From: an uncultured Bdellovibrio sp.
Lineage (GTDB): Bacteria > Bdellovibrionota > Bdellovibrionia > Bdellovibrionales > Bdellovibrionaceae
Reading direction: 5' to 3'
Assembly (NCBI GenBank): GCA_963932905.1
Contig: CAWVRN010000015.1
Location: 35,595-99,594 of the forward strand
DNA: 64,000 nucleotides
Under the pieces are notes generated by a model. That model did not search any database. It had not been told where the DNA came from and was given only the letters and a program-made list of their open reading frames with translations. Numbering within the stretch: the first letter of the stretch is position 1; every line of letters starts with the position of its first letter. The position numbers and the translations under genes are program-made. Below, in pieces: positions 48,135 through 58,808 of this stretch.

Positions 48135-49907
48135 ATGAGTTATCAAGTTATTGCCAGAAAATATCGTCCTCAGTCTTTCCAAGAAATCGTTGGCCAAAAA
48201 CACATCACTCAAACTTTAAATAATGCTTTAAAAAATAATCGTATCCCGCACGCCATTTTGTTTACGGGTCCACGCGGAACGGGAAAAACATCATCTGCAA
48301 GGATTCTAGCTAAAGCCCTTCGTTGTCCGAATTCTATCAGTGACGACAACGGCGCACTGGTTCCCTGCGGTGTTTGTGATAGCTGCATAGAGATTGCGGA
48401 ATCACGTTCTGTTGACGTTATCGAAATCGATGGAGCATCCAACAACGGTGTGGATTCTATTCGTGAACTTCGCGAAACCGTTGGCTATATGCCGTCTACG
48501 GGTAAATTTAAAATCTTCATCATAGATGAAGTTCACATGTTATCGGGATCTGCGTTCAATGCTTTACTGAAAACTTTGGAAGAGCCACCTGAACATATCA
48601 TCTTCATCATGGCGACAACTGAAGTCCACAAGATCCCGCAAACGATTTTGTCCCGTTGTCAGCGTTTTGATTTTCGTCGCATTAGTTTAAAAGAAGTCTC
48701 TGATCAACTGGCGCACATTTGCACCTCTGAAAAAATTGAATTTGAAAAAGAAGCTCTTTGGTTAGTCGCCAAACAAGGCGACGGATCTATGCGCGACAGC
48801 CAAAGCTTACTGGATCAGGTTATCAGTTTTTCGAACGGTCCGCTGACCAAAGCCAAAACACAGGAAATCTTGGGTCTTACTGATCGTAATTTATTATTTG
48901 ATACATTGGCTGCGATTCTTGATCGCAATTCGACCCAGTTAGTTGAGCTACTTAAAAAAATGCGTTTAACGGCCACTGACCCTGAATTATTCATGACGGA
49001 ACTTGTAGAGCTAGCTCGTCATTTACTGGTGGTTAAAACAGCCGGCGTTGAAGCCTTGTCGATTGTGGAAATTCCTGAAAGTGAATTCCAAGAACTGGCT
49101 ACGTACACAAAAAAAGCATCCACCGAAGATATCCATCACCTTTTCGATTTGTTGTTAAAAGCCATCCAGGATCTGTCTAAATCTCAAGATTCCTATATCG
49201 TTCTTGAAGTTTTGTTGCTGCGTCTGGCGACCTCGCCCCGAATTGATGATCTGCAAACTTTGTTAAAAGAATTGTCTCAGTCAGGAACGACGAATTTGGC
49301 CCAGCCTCAACGTAGTCAGCCTGTCCCGGCAGCGCACGCCCAGACTGCGCCCAGATCAATGGCTTTGAATAATTCATCGACCGTGCAAGCGTCTGTGACT
49401 CAAAAACCAGCGGCCTCGACACCACACCCATCCGCGCAACAGGCCCCATCAGCGCCGCAAGCCCGCGCTCAACAATCTGGCTTTGTAACCGGTAAAACTC
49501 CGGAAGATCGCTGGGTTGCCTTTATCGATCGCGTCCGTGGTGCTGATTCTTTGTTCGGTGCCAAACTTGAAAATTTGATCTTCGTAAAAGAAGAAGCCAA
49601 TAAGCTGATGTTGGGAGTCAGCAAGACAAATGCATTCCTAAGAGACATCTTAAGCGATGCTGACAATAAGAAAAAAATGCAAGGATTTGTTGATTCCTTT
49701 TGGGGCACTGGGTATTCTTTCGTGGTATCCACTAGCGGTGAAACTCAAGGAACTTCTGCCCAAGTGATGGTGCAGAAAAAAACCCTACAGAGCGAAGAGC
49801 TAGTAAAACAAAAAATTATGAACGACCCCAAAGTGCTAGCTGCACAGCGGGTTTTTAATGGAACTGTAAAGAGCGTGACTGAAATCAAGTCTGACTCTAA
49901 AAAGTAG
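48135..49907 (+). CDS. dnaX: DNA polymerase III gamma/tau
   Basis: ARKYRPQ, GPRGTGKT, EIDGASN, IIDEVHML, SRCQRF. Confidence 0.97.
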   Translation: MSYQVIARKYRPQSFQEIVGQKHITQTLNNALKNNRIPHAILFTGPRGTGKTSSARILAKALRCPNSISDDNGALVPCGVCDSCIEIAESRSVDVIEIDGASNNGVDSIRELRETVGYMPSTGKFKIFIIDEVHMLSGSAFNALLKTLEEPPEHIIFIMATTEVHKIPQTILSRCQRFDFRRISLKEVSDQLAHICTSEKIEFEKEALWLVAKQGDGSMRDSQSLLDQVISFSNGPLTKAKTQEILGLTDRNLLFDTLAAILDRNSTQLVELLKKMRLTATDPELFMTELVELARHLLVVKTAGVEALSIVEIPESEFQELATYTKKASTEDIHHLFDLLLKAIQDLSKSQDSYIVLEVLLLRLATSPRIDDLQTLLKELSQSGTTNLAQPQRSQPVPAAHAQTAPRSMALNNSSTVQASVTQKPAASTPHPSAQQAPSAPQARAQQSGFVTGKTPEDRWVAFIDRVRGADSLFGAKLENLIFVKEEANKLMLGVSKTNAFLRDILSDADNKKKMQGFVDSFWGTGYSFVVSTSGETQGTSAQVMVQKKTLQSEELVKQKIMNDPKVLAAQRVFNGTVKSVTEIKSDSKK

Positions 49908-49916
49908 AGGTATGTT

Positions 49917-50243
49917 ATGAAAGGATTCGGCGGCGGCGGAATGGCTCAGTTGATGAAACAAGCCAACCAAATGCAACTTAAAATGAAAAAGACTCAAGAA
50001 GAAATCGGTAAACAAGAATTTACTGGAACTTCTGGTGGTGGCGCAGTTACAGCTGTTGTCACTGGCGATAACAAACTTGTATCTGTAAAATTCAATCCTG
50101 ATGTTTTCAAATCAGGCGATGCTGAAATGTTAGAAGAAATGGTTGTATCGGCAACGAACGATGCTCTTAAACTAGCAAAAGAAACCATGGCTAAAGAGAT
50201 GGAAAAAATCACTGGCGGCATGGGCATCCCAGGAATGTTTTAA
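49917..50243 (+). CDS. ybaB: YbaB/EbfC nucleoid-associated protein
   Basis: MKQANQMQ..GTSGGGAV; lies between dnaX and recR. Confidence 0.93.
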   Translation: MKGFGGGGMAQLMKQANQMQLKMKKTQEEIGKQEFTGTSGGGAVTAVVTGDNKLVSVKFNPDVFKSGDAEMLEEMVVSATNDALKLAKETMAKEMEKITGGMGIPGMF

Positions 50244-50854
50244 TGCTTCACATATCGGCTCTAGAGAAACTTGTTCACGAATTGACTAAATTACCAGGCA
50301 TTGGACCGAAAACGGCTCAGCGCCTAGCGTATTACATTTTAAAGTCGCGTGAACAGTACTCGGCCGATCTGAGCGATGCACTTCAACGAGTTCAATCGGA
50401 AGTGCACGAATGCCCACAATGCTTCAACTACACAGATAGCGACATCTGCCGATTCTGCAAAGATTCGCACCGTCAGAATGAAATGATCTGCCTAGTAGAA
50501 GAACCCTCGGACGTTATGCGCATCGAAGCCTCTGGCGCATTCCGTGGACGCTATCATGTACTTCATGGAGCTTTATCACCACTTGATGGGATTACTCCGG
50601 AAGATTTAAAAATCAGAGAATTATTAAAACGTATTCAAGATCAATCCAGCACAGCTCATCCAGTTCGTGAAATCATCATGGCCTTGGATGCGGATCTTGA
50701 AGGCGATACGACTGTTTTGTATTTAACGAAGATCCTACAAAATTCTGGAATTAAATTATCAAGAATTGCGCACGGGGTACCTATTGGTGGCGATATCGAC
50801 TTCATTGATGATCGTACGATGAGCCGCGCTTTAGAAAACAGAGTAGAACTGTAA
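50243..50854 (+). CDS. recR: Recombination mediator RecR
   Basis: LPGIGPKTAQRLA, C4 zinc finger, YHVLHG, RIAHGVPIG. Confidence 0.97.
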   Translation: MLHISALEKLVHELTKLPGIGPKTAQRLAYYILKSREQYSADLSDALQRVQSEVHECPQCFNYTDSDICRFCKDSHRQNEMICLVEEPSDVMRIEASGAFRGRYHVLHGALSPLDGITPEDLKIRELLKRIQDQSSTAHPVREIIMALDADLEGDTTVLYLTKILQNSGIKLSRIAHGVPIGGDIDFIDDRTMSRALENRVEL

Positions 50855-50880
50855 TAAGAATCACACGGACGGAGAAAGTA

Positions 50881-51474
50881 ATGTCGTTTATCAACTATAA
50901 TGCTAAAGAAATCCACTGTAAGATCGTTTACTATGGTCCCTCTTTAGGTGGTAAAACGACTAACTTGCAATGGGTTTACAAAGAAACCACTCCGGACCAA
51001 AAATCTAAATTAATGAATCTAAGCACTGAAACCGAGAGAACTTTGTTTTTTGACTTCCTTCCGCTGAATATCGGTGAAATTCGTGGTTTTAAAACCCGAT
51101 TCCATCTATACACAGTACCAGGCCAAGTCGTTTACGATGCTTCAAGGAAATTGATTTTAAAAGGTTTAGATGGCGTCATTTTCGTCGCTGACTCGCAAAT
51201 CGAGCGTATGGATGAAAACTTAGAAGCCTTCAAAAATTTGCAAATCAATCTCGAACAGCAGGGTTATGATATTAAGGAAATCCCTTTGATCATGCAGTAT
51301 AACAAGCGCGATTTACCAAATGCCGCTTCATTGCCTGAACTCAGAGCTTCTTTAAACCATTACAACTCGCCAGAATTTGAAGCCATTGCCAACGATGGCA
51401 CCGGCGTTTTTGAATCGCTACGAAGCGCTTCAAAATCGATTATCAACGTTCTTAAAGGTGGAGCTAATCTTTAA
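50881..51474 (+). CDS. mglA: Ras-like GTPase MglA
   Basis: MSFINY..KIVYYGPSLGGKTTN, ERTLFFDF, TVPGQV, NKRD. Confidence 0.95.
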   Translation: MSFINYNAKEIHCKIVYYGPSLGGKTTNLQWVYKETTPDQKSKLMNLSTETERTLFFDFLPLNIGEIRGFKTRFHLYTVPGQVVYDASRKLILKGLDGVIFVADSQIERMDENLEAFKNLQINLEQQGYDIKEIPLIMQYNKRDLPNAASLPELRASLNHYNSPEFEAIANDGTGVFESLRSASKSIINVLKGGANL

Positions 51475-51492
51475 GCTCTAAAGGGTAAGCAA

Positions 51493-52455
51493 TTGGGCTA
51501 CGATCTGGGTCAAGAAATCCGCGAACTTAAAAAGAAAAAAAACGTCACGATATTGGCTCACTACTATGAAGACGGCGCCATACAGGATCTTGCCGATCAT
51601 GTGGGTGATAGTTATTTCTTGGCGCAAAAAGGCCAACAAGAAAAAGCCGACATTATTCTTTTAGCCGGCGTCGTGTTCATGGCTGAATCTGTGAAAATTT
51701 TAAATCCAACGAAAACAGTTCTTGTTCCCGATATGAATGCAGGCTGTTCATTGGTTGATAGCTCGCCATTTGATAAATACTACGCCTGGAGAAAAGCAAA
51801 TCCCGAAGCCATCGCGGTTACGTACATTAATTCCAGCGCTGAAGTGAAATCGATTTCTGATGTGATCATCACATCATCGAATGCTGAAAAAATTATTAAC
51901 TCGATTCCTAAAGATAGAAAAATATTATTCGGCCCCGATCAACATTTGGGAAATTATCTCAGCAAAAAATTAAATCGACCGATGGAAATGTGGAATGGTT
52001 CCTGCCAAGTGCACGTGCTATTCAATGCTCGTCGTCTGCATGAACTTACCATGGAACACCCAGATGCTTTGGTAATTGCCCATCCCGAGTGCGAAGCATC
52101 GGTCCTGCAATACGCCCACGTAGTCGGCTCGACCTCTAGACTGCTGGATGAGGTTGTAAAAAATCCAAAGAAAAAATTTATTGTCGCGACTGAAACTGGA
52201 ATTTTTCATCAGATGAAAAAGGCCCGTCCCGACGTTCAATTAATACAAGCGCCCGTAGAGGATAAAGGATGTCTTTGTAATGATTGTCCTTTTATGAAAC
52301 TCAATGATTTAGAAAAAATAAAACACGCTATTGAAACGTTAAAACCCGAAGTAAAGGTAGATGAAGCCACCCGTGTGAAGGCACAAGTTTCACTTGATCG
52401 AATGATGAAAATCGCTCAAGGTGAAAGTGTATCATGGCCCACAGTATTTGCCTGA
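51493..52455 (+). CDS. nadA: Quinolinate synthase
   Basis: ILAHYY, GVVFMAE, AGCSL, YINSSA, AHPEC, CPFMK; TTG start. Confidence 0.95.
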   Translation: MGYDLGQEIRELKKKKNVTILAHYYEDGAIQDLADHVGDSYFLAQKGQQEKADIILLAGVVFMAESVKILNPTKTVLVPDMNAGCSLVDSSPFDKYYAWRKANPEAIAVTYINSSAEVKSISDVIITSSNAEKIINSIPKDRKILFGPDQHLGNYLSKKLNRPMEMWNGSCQVHVLFNARRLHELTMEHPDALVIAHPECEASVLQYAHVVGSTSRLLDEVVKNPKKKFIVATETGIFHQMKKARPDVQLIQAPVEDKGCLCNDCPFMKLNDLEKIKHAIETLKPEVKVDEATRVKAQVSLDRMMKIAQGESVSWPTVFA

Positions 52456-52471
52456 TACGTTCGGGTAGGGA

Positions 52472-53119
52472 ATGCAATTTGCTTCAGTAGAGATAACTAG
52501 TTTCGTATCATCGGTTATGGGGCCTGATTTCTATCTTGAAATATTTCCTTTTAAAACTCAGTCACGCGATCCTTTCGAAAAGAAAACCAAAAATCGTTTT
52601 GATCTGCGAACAGCTTTATATAATTACTTAAAAGACAAAAAAAATTTCGTATTCGAAGATGCTTTAGATTTACGAAATGTTCCTCAGAAGATCGGTGTTC
52701 CCGGAAAAGATTTATATAGTTCGCTTTCACACACGGAAGATGTTGGTGTTTTCGTTTTAGATTCCTCACCTGTCGGTGTCGACTTCGAAAATCGCGTGCG
52801 CATTCAAAAGTCTGTTGTCGAACGGATTTGCCAAGACAAAGAATTAACCTTAGATCCTAATTTCCAATTGCTTTGGTCAATCAAAGAGGCCGCATTTAAA
52901 TCGGTGCCCTTCATCGTGCAGCCTAAATCGGTTACTGACGTCATCGTCACAGGCCTAAATAATGTAACTGACCAAAAGATTCCATTTTTCAAAACAGCTA
53001 ACTTTACCGCAACTGCGAAAACATCACCTACGGGCAAATCGCTATCTAAAATTCACGGCATTTGTGTCTTCAATGATGATCATCAGCTAGCGATCGCCAA
53101 AGCGATTATTGACGGGTAA
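52472..53119 (+). CDS. 4'-phosphopantetheinyl transferase family protein
   Basis: SLSHT, VGVDFE, WSIKEAAFK. Confidence 0.82.
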   Translation: MQFASVEITSFVSSVMGPDFYLEIFPFKTQSRDPFEKKTKNRFDLRTALYNYLKDKKNFVFEDALDLRNVPQKIGVPGKDLYSSLSHTEDVGVFVLDSSPVGVDFENRVRIQKSVVERICQDKELTLDPNFQLLWSIKEAAFKSVPFIVQPKSVTDVIVTGLNNVTDQKIPFFKTANFTATAKTSPTGKSLSKIHGICVFNDDHQLAIAKAIIDG

Positions 53120-53308
53120 ACATTACGCGTGAAGAACTAGTTTACACGCGTAATGTTAGGTCAAAAAAATCTATTCAGATTTCGTCTACTATTTTGACAC
53201 TGTATAAATTAAAGATGCCAAATCGATTTTATTTGGAAATAAAGGCTTAACTTAAGTCCTGAGCTGTCCGAATACTTAATCAGCAACACCTGAAAGAGGG
53301 ACAACACG

Positions 53309-53755
53309 ATGGAAAAAACAGCTAAGAAACCCGCAAAGACCCCGAAGGCCAAAAAGCCAGCCTACAAAGACACTCGCTCGGCTCCCAGAAAAGAAGTCGA
53401 ACCAATAAAAGTTTCCTACATGGCTTCACTTGATGATCTAGCCAAAATCGCAAAGAACTGCCAGATCGTAGAAGCCTCATCTACTGGCCTTTTGCTGACA
53501 GTATTAAGAGATGATTTAATTCCTCAGTCTTTAAGAGGAAATTTAAATTTAGATATGCTAGTTGGTAACCGCGTTTACTTAAAGCTTGAGCCAATGAATA
53601 TGGAAATCAGCGGGGAAATTAAACGAACAAAATTTTTAGGCAAACAAGGATTTCACATTGCAGTAGATTATTCGGATGATGCTCCCGAGTATTGGCGCGA
53701 ATGCCTGATGGACCTGCTACCAAAACCCGGTGAATTAGAAAAAGATACTCAATAA
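53309..53755 (+). CDS. PilZ-domain protein
   Basis: RSAPR (RxxxR) and EASSTG (degenerate DxSxxG). Confidence 0.65.
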   Translation: MEKTAKKPAKTPKAKKPAYKDTRSAPRKEVEPIKVSYMASLDDLAKIAKNCQIVEASSTGLLLTVLRDDLIPQSLRGNLNLDMLVGNRVYLKLEPMNMEISGEIKRTKFLGKQGFHIAVDYSDDAPEYWRECLMDLLPKPGELEKDTQ

Positions 53756-53758
53756 CAA

Positions 53759-54397
53759 CTACAGTGGGCCGAAGGGCGGCAAGCCCTGTTCACTGATAAG
53801 TACGATTGAATAGTGAGGCGGCAGAAACCAACTGATCGCCTCTGCAATACCCTGATGTTCCTTCGTTGGCGGATTTCCTAGCGATTCCAATGAAAAACAC
53901 AAATCGAAATTCTTGTTATCATCAGATAACAAATTGATTTTTACACCTAATAAACCTTGATCACGGAAAAACTCTAACAGAATTTTGCGTACATAACCGG
54001 GCAGAAATGATTCCGACGGCTGGCCAAAGTATACGGAAGCGTTCTTTTGAATTTCAACGACTTCAGGTTTTATTTGGTCAATCGTTTTATAAAACAGACC
54101 GGTTTCTTTAAAATGCCAAATCATCCCGTAAGTGAAAACATAATCTGGGTATTCTTCAGTAGGATTTAAAACTAAACCAATCCCCTTGTCGTGCAACCAA
54201 TGAAGAATCTTTTGAACAGACTCTTTTGCTTCAATATCAGATTCAACCAAAAGATAAGGCCAATTATCCGGTCCAACTTGAGGATCTGGTGACAATATAT
54301 TTACATTACTACCAGTAAACTGAACGAAAAACTGATTTTCCCAATCAGCATCACGACGCTCAGAGGCCACATTTAAAAGATCATCTAGTTTTTTCAT
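53759..54397 (-). CDS. Conserved hypothetical protein
   Basis: 212-aa ORF with ATGA overlap on the upstream gene. Confidence 0.7.
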   Translation of the reverse strand: MKKLDDLLNVASERRDADWENQFFVQFTGSNVNILSPDPQVGPDNWPYLLVESDIEAKESVQKILHWLHDKGIGLVLNPTEEYPDYVFTYGMIWHFKETGLFYKTIDQIKPEVVEIQKNASVYFGQPSESFLPGYVRKILLEFFRDQGLLGVKINLLSDDNKNFDLCFSLESLGNPPTKEHQGIAEAISWFLPPHYSIVLISEQGLPPFGPL

Positions 54398-55236
54398 CCA
54401 GCATCCATAAAAAGAGATTTACATAATTCGTTGTAAAAATAGTGAAACAAAGTCAAAGATTCAGACGAAATTGGATAGGGATAAACCTCGTCATACCTAA
54501 CGTCATTGAGCAAAGTCTTGATTGAGTTCTCTTTAACCTCTTTGATCGTATTCGCTTGGGACTTATCAGCACCATCTTTTTTAGCGTAGAATAAATAATC
54601 TTTGTTAGAAAGATTGATATTCATACGAGCCAATGTTTTTTTCTGTTTTAAATCAAAAACATACACTTCAGATTTAATAAATGATTCCGTGATCGCAATC
54701 ACGTTGCTCTCTTTGTTAAATCCTCGGTTTTTTTCATAGTCTTCCGAGCTCAGGACTAATACAAGTTTATCGTAATCAGATAGTTCAGTCGCCAATTCAG
54801 AAATTTCAGCGAAAACGACTTCTTGACGCAAGAAAATTTTATCAAAGAAAAAATTAAATTGAGCTTCCGACAATTTTTCAATTGGCAACAACACCTCAAA
54901 TTTTTGGCAATCATCGCAAAATGTAACTAAAGCTTGCCGTAAAATTTCGGAACGATCCATCTGCAACGACTTGGCTTCATCTAACGCCATATCTGGAGGA
55001 TTCATTTTAGTTTTTGCTGACAACAAGGCACTATCAGGAAAATCATGAATATTCAAAAACGCTATTTTTTCTTTCTGATAAGCTTTTAAGCCTTCAGCTG
55101 GCATCGCTGCTTTGACGTCTTTTTCAACATTCATGTTTTCTTTTTGCATTTTTTCTGGAGAAACTTTTGAGTTTTTCGAAGATGTCGTGCAACCCATAAA
55201 GAGCAGTATAGAAAGAACTAAAATGATCGTTTTCAT
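54394..55236 (-). CDS. Hypothetical lipoprotein
   Basis: MKTIILVLSILLFMGC lipobox. Confidence 0.75.
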   Translation of the reverse strand: MKTIILVLSILLFMGCTTSSKNSKVSPEKMQKENMNVEKDVKAAMPAEGLKAYQKEKIAFLNIHDFPDSALLSAKTKMNPPDMALDEAKSLQMDRSEILRQALVTFCDDCQKFEVLLPIEKLSEAQFNFFFDKIFLRQEVVFAEISELATELSDYDKLVLVLSSEDYEKNRGFNKESNVIAITESFIKSEVYVFDLKQKKTLARMNINLSNKDYLFYAKKDGADKSQANTIKEVKENSIKTLLNDVRYDEVYPYPISSESLTLFHYFYNELCKSLFMDAG

Positions 55237-55339
55237 GCCCCTAAACTAAACGGTTCGACCCCACGATTCAACTACTCGAAAAACACTTGGCCATATGCGT
55301 AGTTGACCGCCTCCTCAGGCATGGTCATAAAATAGGCTC

Positions 55340-56374
55340 GTGAACTCTAAATTCTTCGAAAAACTTGAATATCAAGGCCTTAAAAAACTCTACAGTTCAA
55401 GTCCTCGTAATGTTCAACAGCTGAATTCGTTTAATACCAGCGACACCGAGGTGGTCAGACTCAAGAAGGACCTATTTTTAACTAGCTCAACGGATTCTTT
55501 AGCCATCGAGATTCATTCAGGATTATATAAAAATCCTGAAACTTGGGGTTATCTGGCAGTCGCCAATTCCGTTTCCGATTTGGCGACTTCAGGCGCTCAG
55601 CCCATTGGCATGCTAGTTTCCGCGCAATGGAAAAAAGAGCACACGGCACAAGTCAAAAACACCGTTTATGAATCTATTGGAAAAACTCTTAAGAAATTCG
55701 ATATTCCCTTACTTGGAGGTGATTCGGGATCATCAAACGAAACAGTGATAACCACAACAATTCTTGGACAGTCAGTACAACGTCCTTTAACCCGCATGGG
55801 AATCAAACCAGGCGATCTAGTTATTTTGTTTGGCGAATTTTTGGGAACTGGTCCCGCGCTGGCCTATGATTATTTGAAAAATCAATCCCGAAGCAAATGG
55901 GAACGTCAGTTCAGGCCACAACCTAACTGGAAAGTGATTCACAAATTCAGAAAATATTTTAAAGCTTCGATGGATACAAGTGACGGAGTTTACAATTCAC
56001 TAGCCACTTTGGCACAGATAAACAATGTCGGATTTGAAATAGATCTATCGAAAATAAAATTATCAAATAAACTAAATTTATATCGATTCAAGAACGAAAT
56101 TCCAATTCAGTATTTTATTGAAAGTGACCTCGGTGATTTGCAAACATGCGCCGTTGTTGATTCTAAAGTCTACCAAACAATTCAATCGCGTTTGCCATTT
56201 CATCAGGTCTTGGCTCAAGCAAATAGGAACCTATCCCGTGTTTCCTATTCTGATGAAATAAAAAATCATTCATACATTAAAAATTATCTGTCTCTGCCTT
56301 ACATCTTAGAAAAGAAAAAATTCGACTATATAAACTCACTAAATCTATGGTTGAAACAATTTTCCCGTTGTTAA
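55340..56374 (+). CDS. Thiamine-monophosphate kinase-like (PurM/ThiL family) protein
   Basis: STDSL, NSVSDLATSGAQP, LLGGDS, ASMDTSDG. Confidence 0.75.
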   Translation: MNSKFFEKLEYQGLKKLYSSSPRNVQQLNSFNTSDTEVVRLKKDLFLTSSTDSLAIEIHSGLYKNPETWGYLAVANSVSDLATSGAQPIGMLVSAQWKKEHTAQVKNTVYESIGKTLKKFDIPLLGGDSGSSNETVITTTILGQSVQRPLTRMGIKPGDLVILFGEFLGTGPALAYDYLKNQSRSKWERQFRPQPNWKVIHKFRKYFKASMDTSDGVYNSLATLAQINNVGFEIDLSKIKLSNKLNLYRFKNEIPIQYFIESDLGDLQTCAVVDSKVYQTIQSRLPFHQVLAQANRNLSRVSYSDEIKNHSYIKNYLSLPYILEKKKFDYINSLNLWLKQFSRC

Positions 56375-56440
56375 CTGAAGTCTAGACGACGGTTTGAAAT
56401 AGGACCAAAAGCGCCGATCTGGAGGTCCCATGGGCCAAGG

Positions 56441-57358
56441 TTAGGTTAAACAAACCCAGGTCAATTCATGTTTATTTGCATTTAGATGGAATATTTTTGA
56501 ATTTGAAATAGACTGGAATTTTTCTAAGACTGCAAAATCTACTTTACCTTTAAATTTAATCGTACAAATGAAATTTTTAACCAAGCCGGAATCACGCCAG
56601 TCATTGACTAGCGCATACAATCGTTCGGGTTCACATATGATATCACTGAAAAGCCAATCAATATTTCCGACTTCTTGAGGTGACAATTTAAACGCATCTT
56701 TTTTGATAAATTCGACATTCTTTTGCGTTCCCAATTTTGGGTCCAACGCTACGGTATCGACACTCACCACTCTCTTAGCTAGATGGGACAGAACCCATGT
56801 CCACCCGCCAGGATGGCTACCAAGATCCATAACTTTTTCATCCTTGGTGGGAAAACGTCCAATGCGTGCGAAAACCTCATCCAATTTCTGAAATGCTCGC
56901 GACGGCGCCAATTTGTCTTCAGGGACTTCAGGTATTCCATTTTTAAAAGGAATACTGATGTCGTCCGTGTATGAAATTTGATTGGCCTCTTCTAAAAACC
57001 AGGCCCCACACTTGATCAGCTCGAAAATTTGACCTCTTTTTACCTGAGGCATTTTAGTTTTGAATAACCCATCTTGAATTAGCGATGATCGACGATGCAG
57101 TTTGTAGTCTAAATTAATCCAGTACTTTCCATGACTCTTCAAAATCTTTGTAGCTTGAGAAATAGACTCGATAGGTTGAGTTTGAATATTCCAAAGTTGC
57201 CACTGCGGCCACCAAAGAACTTGCTTAGGTCCACCTACCCATATAATTCCATTATCTTTCTTTATTAATTCCAAATTATTGCGATATTTTATTTCTTCCA
57301 ATAAATCGGATTCGTATTTTTCAGAGGCGACTAAAACATGTATGTTGGTAGGATTCAC
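56441..57358 (-). CDS. FtsJ-like RNA 2'-O-methyltransferase (RlmM-like)
   Basis: PSRAFQKL, DLGSHPGGWT, WLFSDI, TIKF, HELT. Confidence 0.82.
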   Translation of the reverse strand: MNPTNIHVLVASEKYESDLLEEIKYRNNLELIKKDNGIIWVGGPKQVLWWPQWQLWNIQTQPIESISQATKILKSHGKYWINLDYKLHRRSSLIQDGLFKTKMPQVKRGQIFELIKCGAWFLEEANQISYTDDISIPFKNGIPEVPEDKLAPSRAFQKLDEVFARIGRFPTKDEKVMDLGSHPGGWTWVLSHLAKRVVSVDTVALDPKLGTQKNVEFIKKDAFKLSPQEVGNIDWLFSDIICEPERLYALVNDWRDSGLVKNFICTIKFKGKVDFAVLEKFQSISNSKIFHLNANKHELTWVCLT

Positions 57359-57390
57359 ATTTACTATTTAGCAAGAGTAGCTTGGTCTGA

Positions 57391-58653
57391 TCAAGAACGA
57401 AGTAACTTAAATGCCATAGCCGCCCCGACTAGCAGGGTACCGCCAATTGTATAGACAATAGAATCAAACTGGGTCATCAATACTAGGGAAATACCAGCAG
57501 CAATAAAAGGAAGTAGTGGAAATTTTCCAATGCTCAACGGGACTTTGAACGGCCTTGCCACTGTGCTTTGTCTATACCTTAAAATAATCAATGCCACATT
57601 TACTGAAAAAAATGCGAGCATCGTCGCTAATGCCGAAATGCTAGCGACAACCTCCAACTTACCTAATGGCAACAGTAGCAATGCTGCGGCTAATATGATT
57701 AACGACGCTATCCACGGGGTTTTTCTTGTTGGAATAATTTTAGCTACGATGTTTGGCAAAGCCCCTTCTTTTCCCATGCTATACAATATTCTGCTAGCAC
57801 CAATTAAAGATATCAAAGCTGTGTTTGCAGTTGAAAATAGCGCCACAGTTCCCAAAATTTGCCCTGCTTTTGCAGAACTAGTTTGAGCCACCGCCATAAG
57901 TGGCGCTTGGCTTTGAGCCAACTGTTCAACACTTAGCAATGCAAGTACTGCTACACTTACACCTAAGTAAAGCGTTGTCGAAATCAACACACTTAAAATG
58001 ATGGCCCACGGTAAATGTTGTTCTGGCTTTTTCGACTCTTCCGCTAAATTGGCTATGCTTTCAAAACCAAAAAAAGAAAATATTATCAAAGCAGATCCCG
58101 CTAATGTTGCCGAATTCGGTCGAATTGATAGGTGTTCAGTGAGTTTATCAGTTTGAACGCCTAAATAAATTATAAATATCAATCCACTCACTTCGATCAA
58201 AGTAGACATTACAGTTGCCCACCCTGATTGTCGAATTCCCATCAGCGCTATGCCGGTGAAAAATATAAGTACACAAGCAGCAACAAGGCTCTGCGACACT
58301 ACAAAGAATTGATTAATATAACCAGCAAATGATAACGCTACCGTAGTTGCAGTAGCAGCACCAGACAACGCCATTGCGATTCCAATACTTGCGCCAATCC
58401 AATTTTTGTTGTTGAATGCTTTGCCTAAATAAATAAACTCGGCCCCTGCTTTAGGATACATTGCGGACAGTTCCGCGTACGACAACGCAGTTAACAATGC
58501 CGAAATTCCCGCAAATAGAAACCCCAACCACAACGTTGTTCCAGTTACTTGCGCTGCTTTCCCGATGATCGAATAGATTCCCGCGCCTAATATCATTCCA
58601 GTGCCATAAAAAATTAACATTGGAAATCCAAGTGTTCTGTTTAGTCCAGACAT
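57391..58653 (-). CDS. APC-family amino acid permease
   Basis: GMILGAGIY, SYAELSAMYPKAG, FFGFE; roughly 12 TM segments. Confidence 0.9.
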   Translation of the reverse strand: MSGLNRTLGFPMLIFYGTGMILGAGIYSIIGKAAQVTGTTLWLGFLFAGISALLTALSYAELSAMYPKAGAEFIYLGKAFNNKNWIGASIGIAMALSGAATATTVALSFAGYINQFFVVSQSLVAACVLIFFTGIALMGIRQSGWATVMSTLIEVSGLIFIIYLGVQTDKLTEHLSIRPNSATLAGSALIIFSFFGFESIANLAEESKKPEQHLPWAIILSVLISTTLYLGVSVAVLALLSVEQLAQSQAPLMAVAQTSSAKAGQILGTVALFSTANTALISLIGASRILYSMGKEGALPNIVAKIIPTRKTPWIASLIILAAALLLLPLGKLEVVASISALATMLAFFSVNVALIILRYRQSTVARPFKVPLSIGKFPLLPFIAAGISLVLMTQFDSIVYTIGGTLLVGAAMAFKLLRS

Positions 58654-58738
58654 ACCCATCCTTTGAGGCAAGTTTCCACAGGTGCTGTAATAGATTCGGT
58701 CAAATACTTCCAAAGTGCAAACTGCAGTAGACATGCCA

Positions 58739-58754
58739 TGGTAAGTAATTTGCA
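58739..58754 (+). promoter_or_regulatory. Sigma54 promoter for the BON-domain gene
   Basis: TGGTAAGTAATTTGCA. Confidence 0.6.
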
Positions 58755-58808
58755 GTTTTTCCTCTTAATATATTTTAGAGAACTTTTATCACAAATAAAG
58801 GAGTATTT

